This document shows positions 61,343 to 64,000 of a stretch of 64,000 nt of DNA, piece by piece (position 1 is the first letter of the stretch; every line of letters starts with the position of its first letter). Location of the stretch: the IMG/VR virus record IMGVR_UViG_3300023174_000039, positions 267,655 to 331,654 of that record. One strand, given 5' to 3'. The position numbers and the translations under genes are program-made. The notes beneath the pieces are model-generated. The model searched no databases, had not been told where the DNA came from, and saw only the letters and a list, made by a program, of their open reading frames with translations.

Positions 61343-63433
61343 ATGCCATTATCAATTGGACCCGGCTGGAGCATCGGCCCTGGATGGAGCATTGGAGGAG
61401 GCGGAGCCGCCCCTGCGGTCACAACTGACCCGTACTTCATGTACAACTCACTGTTGCTCACAGGTGATGGTACAAATCTCTCACAGAACAATACCTTCCT
61501 AGACTCAAGTACAAATAATTTTACTATTACCCGCAATGGCAATACCACACAGGGTACATTCAGTCCTTATGGAAGCAATTGGTCTTTGAGTAATCCAAAC
61601 ACTTCGGATAATGGCATTGGAGTTGCATCGAATGCCGCATTAAATCTTGGAACTGCTAGTTTTACAGTTGAATGCTGGGTGAACCTGAATGCGTTACCAT
61701 CATCGAATGTCTGGACCACATCTGCTGGCGGCTACCAAGCGTTATTTGGTACTGGTCCTAGCAATAGCGCCACAGGATCACAACTGTATATTGGAACCAC
61801 AAACTTATTTTTTGACACAACGTCTGACGGAAGTGGACCAATCAGTGTTGCACACGGAATGACTGCTGGAGTTTGGTATCACATTGCTCTTACTCGTAGC
61901 GGCAATACTTTTGCCTTGTACAAAAATGGTGTGCTACTTCAATCAGCTTCTGATGCAAGCTCAATGACTTCTGGATATGGATGGGGCATTGCTAGACCAG
62001 AACCAGTTGGATCATACTCCGGCGGCTGGTTAAATGGATACATATCTAACTTTAGACTGGTAACTGGATCAGTTGTGTATGTCGGAACATTCACACCGCC
62101 CACAACACCACTTACTGCAATCTCTGGAACTCAATTGTTATTATGCCAGAGCAACAGATGGATTGACAACAGTTCAAATAGTTTTGCTGTCAGCGTTGGT
62201 AGCACTGCACCAACTGTACAACGATTCTCACCATTTGAACCCACAGTCGCCTACTCATCAAGTGTGATTGGTGGGTCAGGCTACTTTGATGGCACGGGGG
62301 ATTATTTGACTATCGCCAGATCAAATCTACTTATACCAGTTGCCAATGAAAATTTTACAATAGAATCGTGGGTTTATTTAACACAAGCCGCAGACCAACA
62401 GATTGTTGGATTTCATACACAGGGCGTAAGTTCAGACTGGCTTATATCTATAAGTAGTACAAATTATACTACATTTTATATTAGTGCTACTGCCACAAGT
62501 GTGACATCTAGTATTGCTGTACGATTAAACACTTGGAATCATATTGCGGTTGTGCGTACAAATACAAACACCATTACTTTATATGTAAATGGAGTTGCCG
62601 GGGCAACTACTACAACTACTTCAACGATGGTAGGAAATGGATCTAACCCATTGACAATTGGATCAGACTATAATGGTGTTAATTGGAGGTATACAGGTTA
62701 CATTTCTGATATTCGTATTGTCAAAGGTACAGGAGTCTATACCTCAAACTTTACTCCACCAACTGCACCATTAACAGCAGTTGCTAATACCCAACTCTTA
62801 TTAAGTTACACCAACGGTGGCATCATTGACAGCACAATGATCAACAACTTGGAAACAGTTGGTGATGCAAAAATATCTACCACACAAAGCAAGTTTGGCG
62901 GATCCAGCATGTACTTTGATGGCAATTTAGATTATTTAAACGGCGGAGTAAATTCTGGTTACAGTTTTGGATCAGGAGATTTCACTATAGAGTCTTGGGT
63001 ATATATTGTTGCTAGAGGAAGCAGCGGGTCATGTTTTGCTGGAACTTGGGCAGCTAGTGGTAGAGGATGGATCTGGCTTTCTAACCCCACTCAGTATGGG
63101 TTAGTGTATAGCACCAATGGTACTAATGAAACTGCTATATATTCAACCTACACAATACCTTTAAACACATGGACACATTTGGCTACCGTTAGAAATGGAA
63201 ATACTATTACAAACTATGCAAATGGTGTTAGTATTGGTACTGGCTCTGTTACTGGGGTTACGATTAGTACGCCTACTCAACCACTTTATGTAGGAGCCAA
63301 TAAGCAAGACGTTGATAGTAGTATAAACAATTATCAAATGAACGGTTATATGAACGATTTTAGAATAACAAAAGGTTATGCACGTTACACAGCCAACTTC
63401 ACACCCCCAACTGCAGCATTGCCTACACAATAA
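61343..63433 (+). CDS. LamG-like protein A3
   Basis: Same architecture as A1 and A2. Confidence 0.8.
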   Translation: MPLSIGPGWSIGPGWSIGGGGAAPAVTTDPYFMYNSLLLTGDGTNLSQNNTFLDSSTNNFTITRNGNTTQGTFSPYGSNWSLSNPNTSDNGIGVASNAALNLGTASFTVECWVNLNALPSSNVWTTSAGGYQALFGTGPSNSATGSQLYIGTTNLFFDTTSDGSGPISVAHGMTAGVWYHIALTRSGNTFALYKNGVLLQSASDASSMTSGYGWGIARPEPVGSYSGGWLNGYISNFRLVTGSVVYVGTFTPPTTPLTAISGTQLLLCQSNRWIDNSSNSFAVSVGSTAPTVQRFSPFEPTVAYSSSVIGGSGYFDGTGDYLTIARSNLLIPVANENFTIESWVYLTQAADQQIVGFHTQGVSSDWLISISSTNYTTFYISATATSVTSSIAVRLNTWNHIAVVRTNTNTITLYVNGVAGATTTTTSTMVGNGSNPLTIGSDYNGVNWRYTGYISDIRIVKGTGVYTSNFTPPTAPLTAVANTQLLLSYTNGGIIDSTMINNLETVGDAKISTTQSKFGGSSMYFDGNLDYLNGGVNSGYSFGSGDFTIESWVYIVARGSSGSCFAGTWAASGRGWIWLSNPTQYGLVYSTNGTNETAIYSTYTIPLNTWTHLATVRNGNTITNYANGVSIGTGSVTGVTISTPTQPLYVGANKQDVDSSINNYQMNGYMNDFRITKGYARYTANFTPPTAALPTQ

Positions 63434-63452
63434 ATTTAAATAATCAAGACAT

Positions 63453-64000
63453 ATGGTTATGGATACCAATAATTCTATAACTCAACAAAAAATATATCGC
63501 AGTATTTTTATTAGTGATGTGCACCTTGGCACAAAAGATAGTCAAGCTGGCAAATTAAATAACTTTTTAAAACATAATACTTGCGATACTCTTTATTTGA
63601 TAGGTGATATTATTGACGCATGGCGAATACAACAAAACAAATGGCGATGGAAACAAAGTCATACCAATGTTGTTCGCCGTGTTTTAGGTCATGCAAAACG
63701 TGGAACACGCGTTGTCTACATTGCAGGCAATCATGATGAATTTTTAAGACCAATGATACCATATGGATTCAGTTTTGGTCTAGTAGAAATTCATAATCAA
63801 ATAGAACACATCGGTGCTGACGGTAAGCACTATTTAGTAACGCACGGAGACTTGTTTGATGGTATAACAAGATTGGCACCGTGGATAGCATTTTTAGGAG
63901 ATAAAGCATATGACTTCGTTCTTTCACTCAATAGCAAGTTCAATTGGATACGCCATCGTATGGGTTTTGGGTACTTTAGCCTTAGCAAGTTCCTTAAACA
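63453..64000 (+). CDS. UDP-2,3-diacylglucosamine diphosphatase (LpxH-like) metallophosphoesterase, truncated by the window edge; absent from the ORF track
   Basis: Manual translation: IFISDVHLG, LIGDIID, IAGNHDE, VTHGDLFD; TAAATA at 63437-42; alternative start 63459. Confidence 0.8.
   Translation, partial: MVMDTNNSITQQKIYRSIFISDVHLGTKDSQAGKLNNFLKHNTCDTLYLIGDIIDAWRIQQNKWRWKQSHTNVVRRVLGHAKRGTRVVYIAGNHDEFLRPMIPYGFSFGLVEIHNQIEHIGADGKHYLVTHGDLFDGITRLAPWIAFLGDKAYDFVLSLNSKFNWIRHRMGFGYFSLSKFLK

Larger units (their letters stand above)
55374..63433 (+). repeat. A-B-A-B-A tandem gene array, period ~2.98 kb
   Basis: A starts at 55374, 58361 and 61343 (spacing 2987 and 2982) with near-identical DNA at gene ends and junctions. 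Confidence 0.9.

Noticed and set aside
55374-63433. Possible diversity-generating retroelement behind the variable lectin modules
   Set aside because: No reverse transcriptase in the window and no near-identical TR/VR pair differing only at adenines; divergence affects all bases.
1-64000. Stop-codon reassignment as seen in some large phages
   Set aside because: Code 11 gives full-length core genes and dense packing; TAA, TGA and TAG (gp55) all terminate genes.

Overview
64 kb of a large T4-like myophage genome, standard genetic code, no tRNA or CRISPR seen. Left, minus strand: a radical SAM/glycosyltransferase cluster (1-3736), fibre and baseplate genes including a 4936-aa giant virion protein, gp6, gp25, gp5, a hub protein, gp53 and a gp48/54-like protein (3807-35264). 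Centre, plus strand: gp55 late sigma factor, gp47, an inserted methyltransferase, gp46, a radical SAM protein and a small GIY-YIG nuclease, then a ~465-bp stem-rich non-coding region (candidate large ncRNA). A convergent minus-strand operon carries a tail-assembly-chaperone pair with a -1 slippery site plus four accessory genes (DUF1415-like, ATE_C-like aminoacyl transferase, DUF6614-like, MTA/SAH nucleosidase). Right, plus strand: tape-measure-like protein, head module (gp20, gp21, gp22, gp23), a GIY-YIG/NUMOD3 homing endonuclease next to an apparently recoded gp23 3' end, a ~2.98-kb-period array of LamG-like and Gly-rich proteins, and a truncated LpxH-like phosphoesterase. All family assignments are from motif recognition by eye; no searches or folding programs were run.
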